Positions 51,072 through 61,194 of a stretch of 64,000 bases of DNA are shown piece after piece (within the stretch, counting starts at the first letter, position 1; every line of letters begins with the position of its first letter). A model generated the notes under the pieces. That model ran no database searches. It saw only the letters and a program-made list of their open reading frames with translations, and was not told the origin of the DNA. This DNA is from Nitrospirota bacterium (GTDB taxonomy: Bacteria; Nitrospirota; UBA9217), in assembly GCA_963796285.1 (NCBI GenBank), contig CAWCKW010000012.1, positions 1,312,001 to 1,376,000 on the forward strand, given 5' to 3'. A program made the translations under genes and the position numbers.

Positions 51072-52328
51072 TTACATCTCCAGCACCCCATCCGGCACGT
51101 CGGTTTTGTTCAGCGGACCGAGGATGGTGAGTGAAATGTTCTCCCGGGTAAAGAGCTGTTGGGCCAGATGCTGCACCTGCTCTGCGGTCACCTTCTCCAC
51201 TCCCTTGATGATGTCATCCATGGACAGGTACTTGCCGAAATAGATCTCCTGGCGCGCGAGCCGGCTCATGTGGCTGTTGCTGCTTTCGAGCGAAAGGACG
51301 AGGCTCCCCTTGATCTGGTTTCTCACCCTTGTTTCTTCGGCGTGCGTGATCCCCTCTTCTGCGATCTTCTTGAACTCTCGGGTCACGAGACGGACCACTT
51401 CGAGCGCGTTCGAGGGGTCCGCACCGGCGTAGACGGTAAGAAGTCCGGTATCGCGGTACGAGGTCACGTAGGAATAGATGGAGTACGCCAGGGCATTCTG
51501 TTCGCGGACCTCCTGAAACAGGCGCGAACTCATGCTGTTTCCGAGCACCGTATTGAGCGCCGAGAGGACAAACCGGTCTTCGTGCATATAGTGCATGCCC
51601 TTGCATCCGACACAGATCTGCACCTGTTCGAGCTGTTTTTTCTTTACGGCAACGGCCCGCGTAAAAGCGGGGGTGACCTCTTTTTTGGAGACGCCGCCCC
51701 GGGAGAGCTTCCCGAAGCTCGCGTTCAAAAGCTCGACCAGCCGGGCATGCTCGAAATTGCCTGCAACGGAAATGACGATCTCCTTCGGGCTGTAATAATC
51801 TTCGATATAAGAAACGATATCATTGTGCTTAAGCGCCTTGATGGTGTCCCTGGTCCCGAGGATAGGACGGCCCAGCGAGTTGCCGGCCCAGACCGTATTG
51901 GTAAAAAGCTCGTGGATGTAATCGTCGGGCGTGTCCTCCACGCCCTTGATCTCTTCGAGGATGACCTTACGCTCTTTTTCCATCTCAACGGGATCGAACT
52001 TGGAGCCGAGAAGGATATCCGACAGGATGTCGATTGCCACGGGCAGGTGCTCATCCACAACCTTGGCGTAATAGGTGGTTGTTTCCTGCGACGTGAAGGC
52101 GTTCATCTCTCCGCCGATGGAATCCATCTCGATCGCGATGTCCTTGGCGGTCCTCTTTTCCGTACCTTTAAAGAAGAGGTGTTCGATGAAATGCGAAACG
52201 CCGCCGATTTCCTCCGGCTCGTGGCGGGACCCCACCTTCACCCAAACGCCGATCGATACTGAGCGTGACTTGGGAAGGGTCTCGGACACGACCCGGATAC
52301 CGTTGGAAAGGGTGTCTTTTCTGTACAT
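51072..52328 (-). CDS. Cytoplasmic M16 family zinc peptidase
   Basis: SHFIEHLFFKGT, NAFTSQE.T.YY, MSSRLFQEVRE. Confidence 0.9.
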   Translation of the reverse strand: MYRKDTLSNGIRVVSETLPKSRSVSIGVWVKVGSRHEPEEIGGVSHFIEHLFFKGTEKRTAKDIAIEMDSIGGEMNAFTSQETTTYYAKVVDEHLPVAIDILSDILLGSKFDPVEMEKERKVILEEIKGVEDTPDDYIHELFTNTVWAGNSLGRPILGTRDTIKALKHNDIVSYIEDYYSPKEIVISVAGNFEHARLVELLNASFGKLSRGGVSKKEVTPAFTRAVAVKKKQLEQVQICVGCKGMHYMHEDRFVLSALNTVLGNSMSSRLFQEVREQNALAYSIYSYVTSYRDTGLLTVYAGADPSNALEVVRLVTREFKKIAEEGITHAEETRVRNQIKGSLVLSLESSNSHMSRLARQEIYFGKYLSMDDIIKGVEKVTAEQVQHLAQQLFTRENISLTILGPLNKTDVPDGVLEM

Positions 52329-52426
52329 GAACTCCTCTTTCCATTGCCACAAAGGCGCCGGGACATAAAACGTCTTTTCACGCCCGTGGTCTTCGTGCCT
52401 TCGCGGAGAATTACATACTCGCTGAA

Positions 52427-54551
52427 TTATTTTTCTTTCTGGTTCTGATGCCCGTGTCCGTGCTGCGCTGCCCGTTCCTGCGTGATCTTCTGCGCCAGGT
52501 GGCTCGGGACGTCCTCGTAGCCGTAGAATTCCATGGTGTACATGCCCCTGCCGCTCGTAAGGGAGTTAAGCATGGGAACATAGGAGAGCATCTCGGACAT
52601 GGGCACGAGCGCCTTGATCGACTGGCCGCCGGACTGGGGAACGACGCCCTGCACCTTGCCGCGCCGCGAGTTCAGGTCGCCGATAACAGCGCCGAGCGAA
52701 TCGTCCGGCGCGACCACTTCCACGCTCATGATCGGTTCGAGCAGCACCGGCTTGGCAGCTTCCAGTGCTTTCTTGAACCCCATGGACGCCGCGACCTTGA
52801 ATGCCATTTCCGAAGAGTCAACCGTGTGATAGGACCCGTCGAACAACGTCACCCGGACATCCACCATGGGATAGCCGGCCAGACTTCCCTCGTGCATGGC
52901 TTCGATCACGCCTTTTTCCACAGCCGGGATGTACTGCCGCGGGACCACGCCGCCGACGATCTTGTCAACGAACTCGAATCCGGTGCCGCGCCGGAGTGGT
53001 TCGATCTCGATCCAGGCGTCCCCATACTGACCATGGCCGCCCGACTGCTTTTTATACTTGCCCTGCGCCTTGGCTTTTGCACGGATGGTCTCCTTGTAAG
53101 GGACCTTCGGCGTCTTCATCGTTACCTCTGCGCCGAACTTCCGCTTGAGCTTCTCGAGCGTCACTTCAAGGTGGACCTGCCCCATGCCGGAAAGCACCAT
53201 CTCCTTGGTCTGCTCGTCAAACGTGAACTTGAGCGTGGGGTCTTCCTCGAGCAGTTTGTGGATGCCCGTGCCCACCTTGTCCTCGTCCCCGCGGGTCTTC
53301 GGTACAATGGCATAGGACATGACCGGATCGGCAAACTTCGCAAAATTCATCACGATGGGATGGTTTTCGGAACACAATGTGTCGCCCGTGAGCGTCTCTT
53401 TCATCTTTGCGATGGCGCCGATCTGTCCGGCCGTAAGCGCATGCGTGGTTATCTGCTTTTTCCCCTGGAGATGGAACAGGGTCCCCACTTTTTCCTTAAT
53501 TTGTTTCGAGGCATTGTACACGCTCGAGTCCGCTTTAAGCGTACCCGAGAAGACCCGGACCAGGGAAAGCTTGCCGGCAAATGGATCATTGATGGTTTTG
53601 AACACCATGGCGGCAAGATGCTCGTCCGCGAACAGGTTTGCGGACCGTTTCATTGCCCGTCTTGGGATCGATCCCTTTGATCTGCACGACGCGGGCATGC
53701 TCCGCCGGCGACGGGAGGCACATGAGGACCATGTCAAGGAGCGGCTGGATCCCCATGTTCTTGACCGGAGAACCACAGAGCACCGGCAGCAGTCCGCCAC
53801 CTATCGTCCCATGTTTGAGCCCGGCGATGATGTCTTCCTGGGAAAGCTCGCCCTTGTCGAGATACTTCTCAAGAAGGCTGTCCTCGGTCTCGGCGATCTG
53901 TTCCACCAGTTTTTTCCGGTAGGCCACCGCCTCATCCTTCATGTTCGCGGGAACGTCTTTTTCCTCGAACTTGCCGCTTCCGTCCTGGGCGAACATCAGC
54001 GCCTTCATTTTGATCAGGTCGACGACTCCGGCGAAATTCGCCTCAAGACCGATCGGGAGCTGGAGCACGAGGGAGTTCTTGCAGAAATACTTTTCCATAT
54101 CGCCCACTGCGCGGAAGAAGTCCGCCCGCTCCTTGTCGAGCTTGCTGACGAACGCCACCCGCGGGATCTCGTATTCGCAGGCGAACTTGTAGATCTTTTC
54201 GGTTTCGGCCTTTACGCCGGAGATGGCGGATATAATGAGGACGGCGCCGTCGACGGCGCGAAGGGTCCCCCGCGCTTCTTCGAGAAAATTGATGTAGCCG
54301 GGGGTGTCGATGATATTGATGCGGACGCCCTTCCAGTCGGCGAACCCGAGAGCGGAGGTGATGGTTATCTTCCGGGCGATTTCCTCAGGCTCATGCATGA
54401 ACACGGAGTTTCCCGCGTCCACACTTCCCATGAGGTCAACCGCGCCGGCCGTGAACACCATGGCATCGGCAAGCGAGGTTTTGCCTGCGGCGCCGTGGGA
54501 CAGGATCGCGATATTGCGGACTTCCTTGACATCAGCATTCGGCATGGACAA
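52427..54551 (-). CDS. fusA: Elongation factor G paralogue (EF-G2/FusA-like; frameshift near 53635)
   Basis: SHGAAGKTS, RKITI, DTPG, SKLD, EEDPT, GMGQVHL, KKQSGGHGQY, DGSYH.VDSSEMAFK. Confidence 0.88.
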
Positions 54552-54618
54552 GTCCCTCCGTGAAGATGAATTTGGTATAAAGGGGATACAATGCTCTGTC
54601 GTATTTATTGCAGCAGAA

Positions 54619-54885
54619 CTACCAGATATCGGACTTTATTTTCCCTGCCTGTTTGATCAGAACATCAACGACGGCCTCGTTGAACATGTTGGAGTCCTTG
54701 CGGATCTCTTCGTCCACCATGGTTTCGTAATATTTCTTCCCTTCCGCGAGTTCATCTGTCAGTATTTCAAAGAGGCTGTCCTTCTCAATTCCCTCTTTGA
54801 CCTTGGCCTGGTTATAGAGAAGGATGTCCGAGAGGATGGTCCGCGCAAGTCGTTTCGCTTCATCAGGTTTCTTGATCAATCTCAT
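54619..54885 (-). CDS. Conserved small hypothetical protein
   Basis: AKRLARTI.SDI.LYN..KV..GI; coding-like composition and operon position. Confidence 0.7.
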   Translation of the reverse strand: MRLIKKPDEAKRLARTILSDILLYNQAKVKEGIEKDSLFEILTDELAEGKKYYETMVDEEIRKDSNMFNEAVVDVLIKQAGKIKSDIW

Positions 54886-54986
54886 ACTGAACGCCTCATC
54901 ATACAATACTATTCAGACGACCAGATCCTCACAACTTACAATATCTGGCCGATCGGTCGTTATCCGGATCTGGTATTTTGGTTCTT

Positions 54987-55415
54987 TCAGCCCAGTATTT
55001 CGACGATCATCGGTTTATACTGCGGCGTTTTTTCAACTTTCTTATTATACATCCTGATAACGAGAAAAGATACCACCATGCTCACCATTCCGGCGATGAA
55101 CGCCCAGAGATCTGAATCGGCCTCAGTCCCGTACCGCAGGCCGAGGTTTTTCCCGAGAATGGCCGAGGCAACAAAGACCGTCATGGGGATGCCGTAGAGT
55201 ATGATGGACGCCTTAAGATATACTTGCGGGGCAAGCACCACTTTCACCTTCTGGCCCTTTTTTGCTCCGAGCGGGTTCGAAGCCTCCATGTACTCCTGCT
55301 CCCCGGGATGGCAGACCCCGGAAGCGGAACATTTCTCGCAGGCGCTCTTGGCCAGGATCGATACCTTGGCGATATCGCCTGTCACTTCAACTACGATGCC
55401 TTCTTCTTCGATCAT
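54987..55415 (-). CDS. RseC/MucC family membrane protein
   Basis: IEE.G.V, SACEKC...G.C, NPLGA..G..V, LYG.P, two TM helices. Confidence 0.85.
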   Translation of the reverse strand: MIEEEGIVVEVTGDIAKVSILAKSACEKCSASGVCHPGEQEYMEASNPLGAKKGQKVKVVLAPQVYLKASIILYGIPMTVFVASAILGKNLGLRYGTEADSDLWAFIAGMVSMVVSFLVIRMYNKKVEKTPQYKPMIVEILG

Positions 55416-55493
55416 GTTTCACCCGAAAACCGCAGAGAGCATGGCGCTGAGTGCATAGTGTCTCGCGCTTCTCTCTCTGCCCTCTTCCGTATC

Positions 55494-57086
55494 TCAGCTT
55501 TTTCTCTTCGCCCTTAAAAGCTTATACTCGATGCTGTCCACCAGCGCCTGCCAGCTCGCTTCGATCACGTTCTCTGACACACCCACGGTGCCCCACTTGT
55601 TTTTGCCGTCGCCGGACTCGATCAGCACCCGCACGCGCGCAGCCGTGCCCTCCGCCGCGGTCAAAACTCGCACTTTATAGTCGAGAAGCCGGACATTCTC
55701 CAGGCCCTTGCCCGGGAAGTACTTGGGCAGGACCGTGCGCAGTGCCTTGTCGAGGGCATTCACCGGGCCATTCCCCCATGCGGCAGTGTGTTCCACTTTT
55801 CCGCCGACCTCGACAGTGATCGTGGCCTCGCTCACTGGATCGGGATCGACCTTCCGTTTTTCCGTAAAGATGCGATAGTCGATACGGTCGAACATGGTGA
55901 AAACCGACTCATAGCTATGGCCCGCGCGCAGCATGAGGAGTTCAAGCGACCCTTCCGCGCCTTCGAATTCGTATCCCTCGTTCTCGAGCTCTTTGACCTT
56001 CCTGAGTATCTCTCCGAGTTCCGGGCTTTTCTTGGTGAGCGGGATCCCGAGTTCTGCAGCTTTCTGGAGGATATTGCTCTTCCCCGCCATGTCGGACACC
56101 AATACGCGTCTCCTGTTCCCTACCAGTTCAGGCACGACATGCTCATAGGTGAGAGAGCTCTTCGCGACAGCATCGACATGCACGCCCCCCTTATGGGCAA
56201 ATGCGCTTTCACCTATATAGGGCTGTCGCTTTTGGTGCTGCAGATTGGCGATCTCGTCCACATAGCGGGACACGTCACGCAGCTTCGCCAGATTAGCGTC
56301 TGAGATGCAATCGATGCCCAATTTGAGCTTCAGGGTCGCGATAAGGGAGCACAGGTTTGCATTTCCGCAGCGCTCGCCATAGCCGTTGATGGTGCCGTGG
56401 ACCTGGACCGCTCCCATCCTGATCGCTGTCAGCGAGTTCGCCACCGCGAGTTCCGCATCGTTGTGCGCATGGATCCCGAACGGGCTGGCGATCGACTTTT
56501 TCACCTGCGCAATGATCTCTTCGACCTCATGAGGCAGGGTACCGCCGTTCGTGTCACACAGAACAAGACAGTCCGCGCCTGCGCCCTCCGCGGCGAGGAG
56601 CGTCTGAACAGCGTAGTCAGGGTTTGCTTTATACCCGTCAAAGAAATGTTCGGCATCATATACCACTTCATCCATGCGTTTCCTGAGGAATGATACCGAT
56701 TCTTCGATCATGTCGAGGTTTTCGCCGAGCGTGGTCTTGAGTGCCTTGATCACGTGCAAGTCCCAGGTTTTGCCGAAGATGGTCACCACCGGCGCGCCGG
56801 ACGCAACCAGAGCCTTCATGTTCGGATCATCGGAGACTTTGAGCTTCACACGCCGTGTTGATCCGAAGGCGGCCAGTTTCGCCTTCCTGAGCTTTACGCG
56901 CCGCATCTCCTTGAAGAACTCGATATCGCGCGGGTTCGAACCCGGCCAGCCGCCCTCGATGTAATGGACGCCGAACTGATCCAGCTTCCGCGCAACACGG
57001 ATCTTGTCCTCGACCGAGAAGTTCACGTCCTCAGCCTGCGCCCCGTCACGGAGCGTGGTATCGTATAGGTAAACGGTCTGTTTCAT
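55494..57086 (-). CDS. cimA: Citramalate synthase
   Basis: YDTTLRDGAQ, EGGWPGSNP, DAEHFFDG, NGYGERCGNA, AFAHKGGVH, DYKVR, WGTVGVSENVIEASW. Confidence 0.92.
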   Translation of the reverse strand: MKQTVYLYDTTLRDGAQAEDVNFSVEDKIRVARKLDQFGVHYIEGGWPGSNPRDIEFFKEMRRVKLRKAKLAAFGSTRRVKLKVSDDPNMKALVASGAPVVTIFGKTWDLHVIKALKTTLGENLDMIEESVSFLRKRMDEVVYDAEHFFDGYKANPDYAVQTLLAAEGAGADCLVLCDTNGGTLPHEVEEIIAQVKKSIASPFGIHAHNDAELAVANSLTAIRMGAVQVHGTINGYGERCGNANLCSLIATLKLKLGIDCISDANLAKLRDVSRYVDEIANLQHQKRQPYIGESAFAHKGGVHVDAVAKSSLTYEHVVPELVGNRRRVLVSDMAGKSNILQKAAELGIPLTKKSPELGEILRKVKELENEGYEFEGAEGSLELLMLRAGHSYESVFTMFDRIDYRIFTEKRKVDPDPVSEATITVEVGGKVEHTAAWGNGPVNALDKALRTVLPKYFPGKGLENVRLLDYKVRVLTAAEGTAARVRVLIESGDGKNKWGTVGVSENVIEASWQALVDSIEYKLLRAKRKS

Positions 57087-57105
57087 AATATTAGAATGCA
57101 GATGC

Positions 57106-57184
57106 ACAGGAGTCAGGAGCCAGAATCCAGAAGCCAATCCTTTTGTTCTCCTCCTGATTGCTGACTCCTGTCTCCTGACTACTG
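57106..57184. repeat. Heptamer palindromic element (AGTCAGG/CTGACT)
   Basis: CAGGAGTCAGGAGCCAGAATCCAGAAG ... CTCCTGATTGCTGACTCCTGTCTCCTGACT. Confidence 0.7.
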
Positions 57185-57188
57185 TTTC

Positions 57189-58416
57189 TCACGCCGCCTT
57201 GTCCATCTCGAATGTCTCGTGCAGCACCCGGACGGCGAGCTCGGTATATTTCGCGTCGATCACGATGGAGATCTTGATCTCCGACGTGCTGATCATCATG
57301 ATATTGATCCCCTCTCTGGCCATGGCGGAGAACATCCGTGCTGCAACGCCCGAGTGGGAGCGCATGCCCACGCCGACGATGGAGATCTTGGCGATGTCCT
57401 CCTTCACGGTGACGCCTTTGGCGCCGATCTCGGCAATGACCTTCTTCATGAGCTCTGATATCTTCCTCGAGTCGGTCTTCGGCACCGTGAAGGACATGTC
57501 CGTGAGCCCGCCCTCGCCGATGTTCTGGATGATCATGTCAACGATGATGTTGTTCGTCGATATCTCATTGAAGATCTGTCGCTGCCACGCCAGGCTTGTC
57601 CGGCACACCGGATACGGTCACTTTTACCTGGTTCTTGTCGTATGCCACGCCGGACACCACCACTTTTTCCATGTCAGAATCCTCCTTGGTCACGAGGGTC
57701 CCCGGGTTGTCGTTGAAACTCGAGAGCACCCTCACCGGAACATTATATTTTTTTGCGAACTCGACCGAGCGGGTCTGAAGCACCTTGGCCCCGAGGCTCG
57801 CCAGTTCGAGCATCTCGTCATACGAGATCTTGTCAAGCTTCCGGGCCTGCGGCACCATGTTCGGGTCCGTGGTATACACGCCGTCCACGTCAGTATAGAT
57901 GTCGCAAAGGTCCGCCTTGAGCGCGGCGGCGACCGCCACGGCTGAAAGGTCCGACCCGCCCCGTCCCAGCGTCGTCACGTCGTCGGATGTTTCAGTGATG
58001 CCCTGGAAACCTGCTACCACGGCGATCTTGCCTTCCTTGATCGCCTGTTTGACCCGCTCACCGGAGATCTTCTCGATCCTCGCTTTGGTATGGACGCGGT
58101 CGGAGATGATCCCCGCTTGCCTGCCGGTGAAGGACTGCGCCTTGTACCCCAGCGACTGAATCGCCATGGCCAAGAGCGCGATGGTCACGCGCTCTCCCGT
58201 GGACACCAGCATGTCCATCTCCCGGGGGTCCGGATTCTCACTCACCTGATTGGCAAGGTTGATGAGCTTATCGGTCTCGCCGCTCATGGCTGAGAGGACC
58301 ACCACCACATCATGTCCTTCTTCTTTGGTCCGGACAACACGCTTTGCCACGTTCCTGATCCGTTCGGGATTCCCCACGGACGTGCCGCCGTATTTCTGGA
58401 CGATGAGCACTAACAA
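57189..58416 (-). CDS. lysC: Aspartate kinase (frameshift near 57585)
   Basis: [29 protein letters not shown], two ACT domains, ISTSEIKIS. Confidence 0.93.
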
Positions 58417-58445
58417 CCTCCCGTAATTAAAACCAAAATATCTGC

Positions 58446-58538
58446 AACACGAATTTCACGAATTATTCGAATGGCACGAATAAAATCCTTGTCCGATCTC
58501 GCCCTTCGTGTCATTAGTCCATTCGTGCCATTCGTGTT
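58446..58538. repeat. Palindromic element with CACGAAT tandem arms (copy 3)
   Basis: AACACGAATTTCACGAATTATTCGAATGGCACGAAT ... TTCGTGTCATTAGTCCATTCGTGCCATTCGTGTT. Confidence 0.8.
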
Positions 58539-58544
58539 CCTTCC

Positions 58545-59774
58545 CTACTTCTTTAAAAAATAATCCATCAAGGTATAGCCGTCTTTGAACACCAGCGCAT
58601 CTTTGCGCTCCCCTATTTTTTCATCGTACGTAACGGGGCCGCCTTTGCGCTCCTTTGTGTTATCGTAAATGACGAACGGGACCGGGTCCGAAGAATGGGT
58701 TCTGAGTTCAATCGGTGTGGGATGGTCCGGAAGCGCGAGGATCCGGTATTCATCGAACTGCTTCATCCCGTGGATGATGTTCCCCACGATGAACTCGTCA
58801 AAATCCTCTATGGCCTTGATCTTGTTCTTGAGGTCGCCCGTATGACCGGCTTCGTCGGGCGCCTCCACGTGGATATACACAATATCCTTGGTCTTGAGCG
58901 CCCAGAGCGCGTGCTCGGCCTTGCCCACATAGTTCGTGTCGATCCAGCCCGTGGCGCCAGGCACATTGATCACCTCGAATCCCGCATAGATGCCAAGGCC
59001 CTTCGTGAGGTCAACCGCCGAGATCATGGCCCCTTCAAGGCCATACTTCTCCCTAAAGGTCGGCATAGAGGGCCGTTTGCCCTGGCCCCAGAGCCAGATG
59101 CTGTTCGCCTGTCGTTTCCCGTTCGCTTGGCGGGTCTTATTCACCGGATGAGCGAGGAGCAGGTCAAGAGAAGCCTCCATCAGGGCGTTGATGATATCAT
59201 CCCCTTCACCGCGCGGAAGATAGTCTTGAATGTCCTTGTCCTGAATATCGTGAGGCGGCGTACATTCGATCTTGTCCTTGCCGCCCTTCCATACCATGAG
59301 GTGGCGATAGCTCACGCCGGGATAAAAGCGGATCCGGTCGCTCCCGAGCTTGCTGTCGATCTCTTCGATGAGCAAGCGCGCCTCCTGTGTCGAAATGTGA
59401 CCGGCGCTGAAATCTTCCATGATCGCCCGCCGTCCCTTGTCCGTTGCGGATGGCTTGCCGCCGGTAATACGCAGGGTCACGAGGTTGCAGCGAAACGCGA
59501 TATCATTGGGCGCAAGTTCCACGCCGATGCTTGCCGCTTCGAGCGGCGACCGGCCGGTATAGTACTTCCGCGGGTCATATCCCATGACCGAGAGGTTGGC
59601 CACGTCGCTGCCCGGCGGGAACCCGTCCGGCACGGTGTATGCCATCCCCACTTGGCCGAGCGTCGCGAGTTGGTCAAGGTTCGGCGTCTTCGCCGCCTGC
59701 AGGCATGTCTTGCCGCCAAGCTCCGCATTCGGCCTGTCGGCCATCCCATCACCAAGGAGAATGATATATTTCAT
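58545..59774 (-). CDS. apgM: Cofactor-independent phosphoglycerate mutase, ApgM type (also proposed as a homoserine kinase)
   Basis: GDGMAD, PGSDVAN, GRSPLEA, HVEAPDEAGH.G, DHPTP...RTH. Confidence 0.88.
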   Translation of the reverse strand: MKYIILLGDGMADRPNAELGGKTCLQAAKTPNLDQLATLGQVGMAYTVPDGFPPGSDVANLSVMGYDPRKYYTGRSPLEAASIGVELAPNDIAFRCNLVTLRITGGKPSATDKGRRAIMEDFSAGHISTQEARLLIEEIDSKLGSDRIRFYPGVSYRHLMVWKGGKDKIECTPPHDIQDKDIQDYLPRGEGDDIINALMEASLDLLLAHPVNKTRQANGKRQANSIWLWGQGKRPSMPTFREKYGLEGAMISAVDLTKGLGIYAGFEVINVPGATGWIDTNYVGKAEHALWALKTKDIVYIHVEAPDEAGHTGDLKNKIKAIEDFDEFIVGNIIHGMKQFDEYRILALPDHPTPIELRTHSSDPVPFVIYDNTKERKGGPVTYDEKIGERKDALVFKDGYTLMDYFLKK

Positions 59775-59875
59775 AGATTCGTCTCTGGTCCTTCGCCGCC
59801 GGTCAAGCGTCAACACCTGCCTGATAATCGACGAACGACGCCTCTGGTCTGCGGCCGGATTCCAACCGCGTTTGA

Positions 59876-60115
59876 CTACCCGGCGAAATCGCCCTCCACA
59901 GCCTCAACCTTGACACCGCGTTCCTGAAGATAGGCGATCCCCTCTTCGAGCTTCTTCTCTGCTCCTTCGAGCTCCAGCACCACCTCTCCCGTCGATTCGG
60001 TGACCTTGGCGTGCCGGATATTCGGCATCACATCGAACTTCTTTGCCATGGTGAAGATCACGGGCTCTCTGATCAGGTCCTTCGGAAAGGTCAGCTTAAC
60101 CCTCTTCGTAGCCAT
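59876..60115 (-). CDS. Stand-alone NIL domain protein
   Basis: LTFP..LI.EPVI......FDV.PNI..A.V....G...LELEG. Confidence 0.85.
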   Translation of the reverse strand: MATKRVKLTFPKDLIREPVIFTMAKKFDVMPNIRHAKVTESTGEVVLELEGAEKKLEEGIAYLQERGVKVEAVEGDFAG

Positions 60116-60207
60116 AAGCCCCTCCTGAGATACTGTCGACATTGAGAACGCGGGAAGATCGTAGGTCGTGCAACAAAAAAATCGGCTGATGCCGGCCTTT
60201 CAACGTC

Positions 60208-60510
60208 TCACCTTCGCACCTTCTCGTTTTCCTTCCCCCATCCACCCGCGATGGCCGGGACGATCGAAATGATATCACCATCCTTCAGCGTAGTGTCTTC
60301 CTTGTTCAGAAAGCGGATGTCCTCGTCATTCACGTAGATATTGATGAACCGCCGGATCTTGCCGCTTTCCGACAGACGCTCCTGCATCCCCGGGTAGTTC
60401 CTCTCAAGCGCGTCAATAAGCTCCGTAACGTTCTTTACACTGCACTCCACCTCGGCATTCCCGTTCGTCAGCTTCTGCAGCGGAGTTGGAATTCTTACCT
60501 TGATAGCCAT
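60208..60510 (-). CDS. Ubiquitin-like sulfur carrier (MoaD/ThiS/CysO family), with a C-terminal extension after GG as sequenced
   Basis: [30 protein letters not shown] followed by [10 protein letters not shown]. Confidence 0.88.
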   Translation of the reverse strand: MAIKVRIPTPLQKLTNGNAEVECSVKNVTELIDALERNYPGMQERLSESGKIRRFINIYVNDEDIRFLNKEDTTLKDGDIISIVPAIAGGWGKENEKVRR

Positions 60511-60661
60511 GTATCGCTCCTCCTGATCTCACTCTTCTTGGATAACTGAGAATAGAAAATAAATGATTGAGAGACTGCCTGTATCCCTATATCACTCTCG
60601 GTGAATGTGTCTGGTTCAGCAGGTTCTCACAGGACGAGGTGGCCGGCGTCGGCTTCCGGTC

Positions 60662-61051
60662 TTATATCACGTTCACCTTGACTTCGGTTACCTTTCCTTC
60701 TTCAATCGAAAAACCCCGGGCGACCGGCTTCGCGCGGTCCATCAGGGTAACGATGACATACACGGCATCGGGATAGTTGGGCAGCTGTGTCCCGGGCCAG
60801 TACGCCTGATTCACGTCCACGCTCGACGGATAGGCCTGGCTGTGCGGATGGGAATGGAACAGACCGATCAGTTCAAGTCCTGAATCCCTGATGTCCTTCA
60901 TCACGCGAAACTGCTCTTCCGGGTCCATTTCATAATAATCAGTGCCCGGCTTCGCATTCGTCATGCAGAAGGTCTTTTCAACCCTGCCGTCCTTGCCGCC
61001 CAGCATCCCGCAGGCTTCGTTCGGTGCTGCCGCAAGACAGTGGTCGAACAT
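60662..61051 (-). CDS. JAMM/MPN+ metalloprotease (Mec-like; true start may be slightly upstream)
   Basis: PNEACG.L.G, FHSHP.S.AYPS..D JAMM motif. Confidence 0.9.
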   Translation of the reverse strand: MFDHCLAAAPNEACGMLGGKDGRVEKTFCMTNAKPGTDYYEMDPEEQFRVMKDIRDSGLELIGLFHSHPHSQAYPSSVDVNQAYWPGTQLPNYPDAVYVIVTLMDRAKPVARGFSIEEGKVTEVKVNVI

Positions 61052-61194
61052 GCTTTGGAGGTCAGACTCTGTTATGTTCAGTATATTGATAAACCCTCCG
61101 AACTCAACGACGGACAGTCACAGGGTTCTGTCCATCAATTTCGCTCACTGAAACAGGTCCCGGCTATCCGTAAACCGGGATCCCAACACTTGAA

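Noticed and set aside
60515-60660. TPP, SAM-I or Moco riboswitch upstream of the sulfur carrier
   Set aside because: Only fragments of consensus are present; P1/P2 pairing for a full aptamer could not be built.
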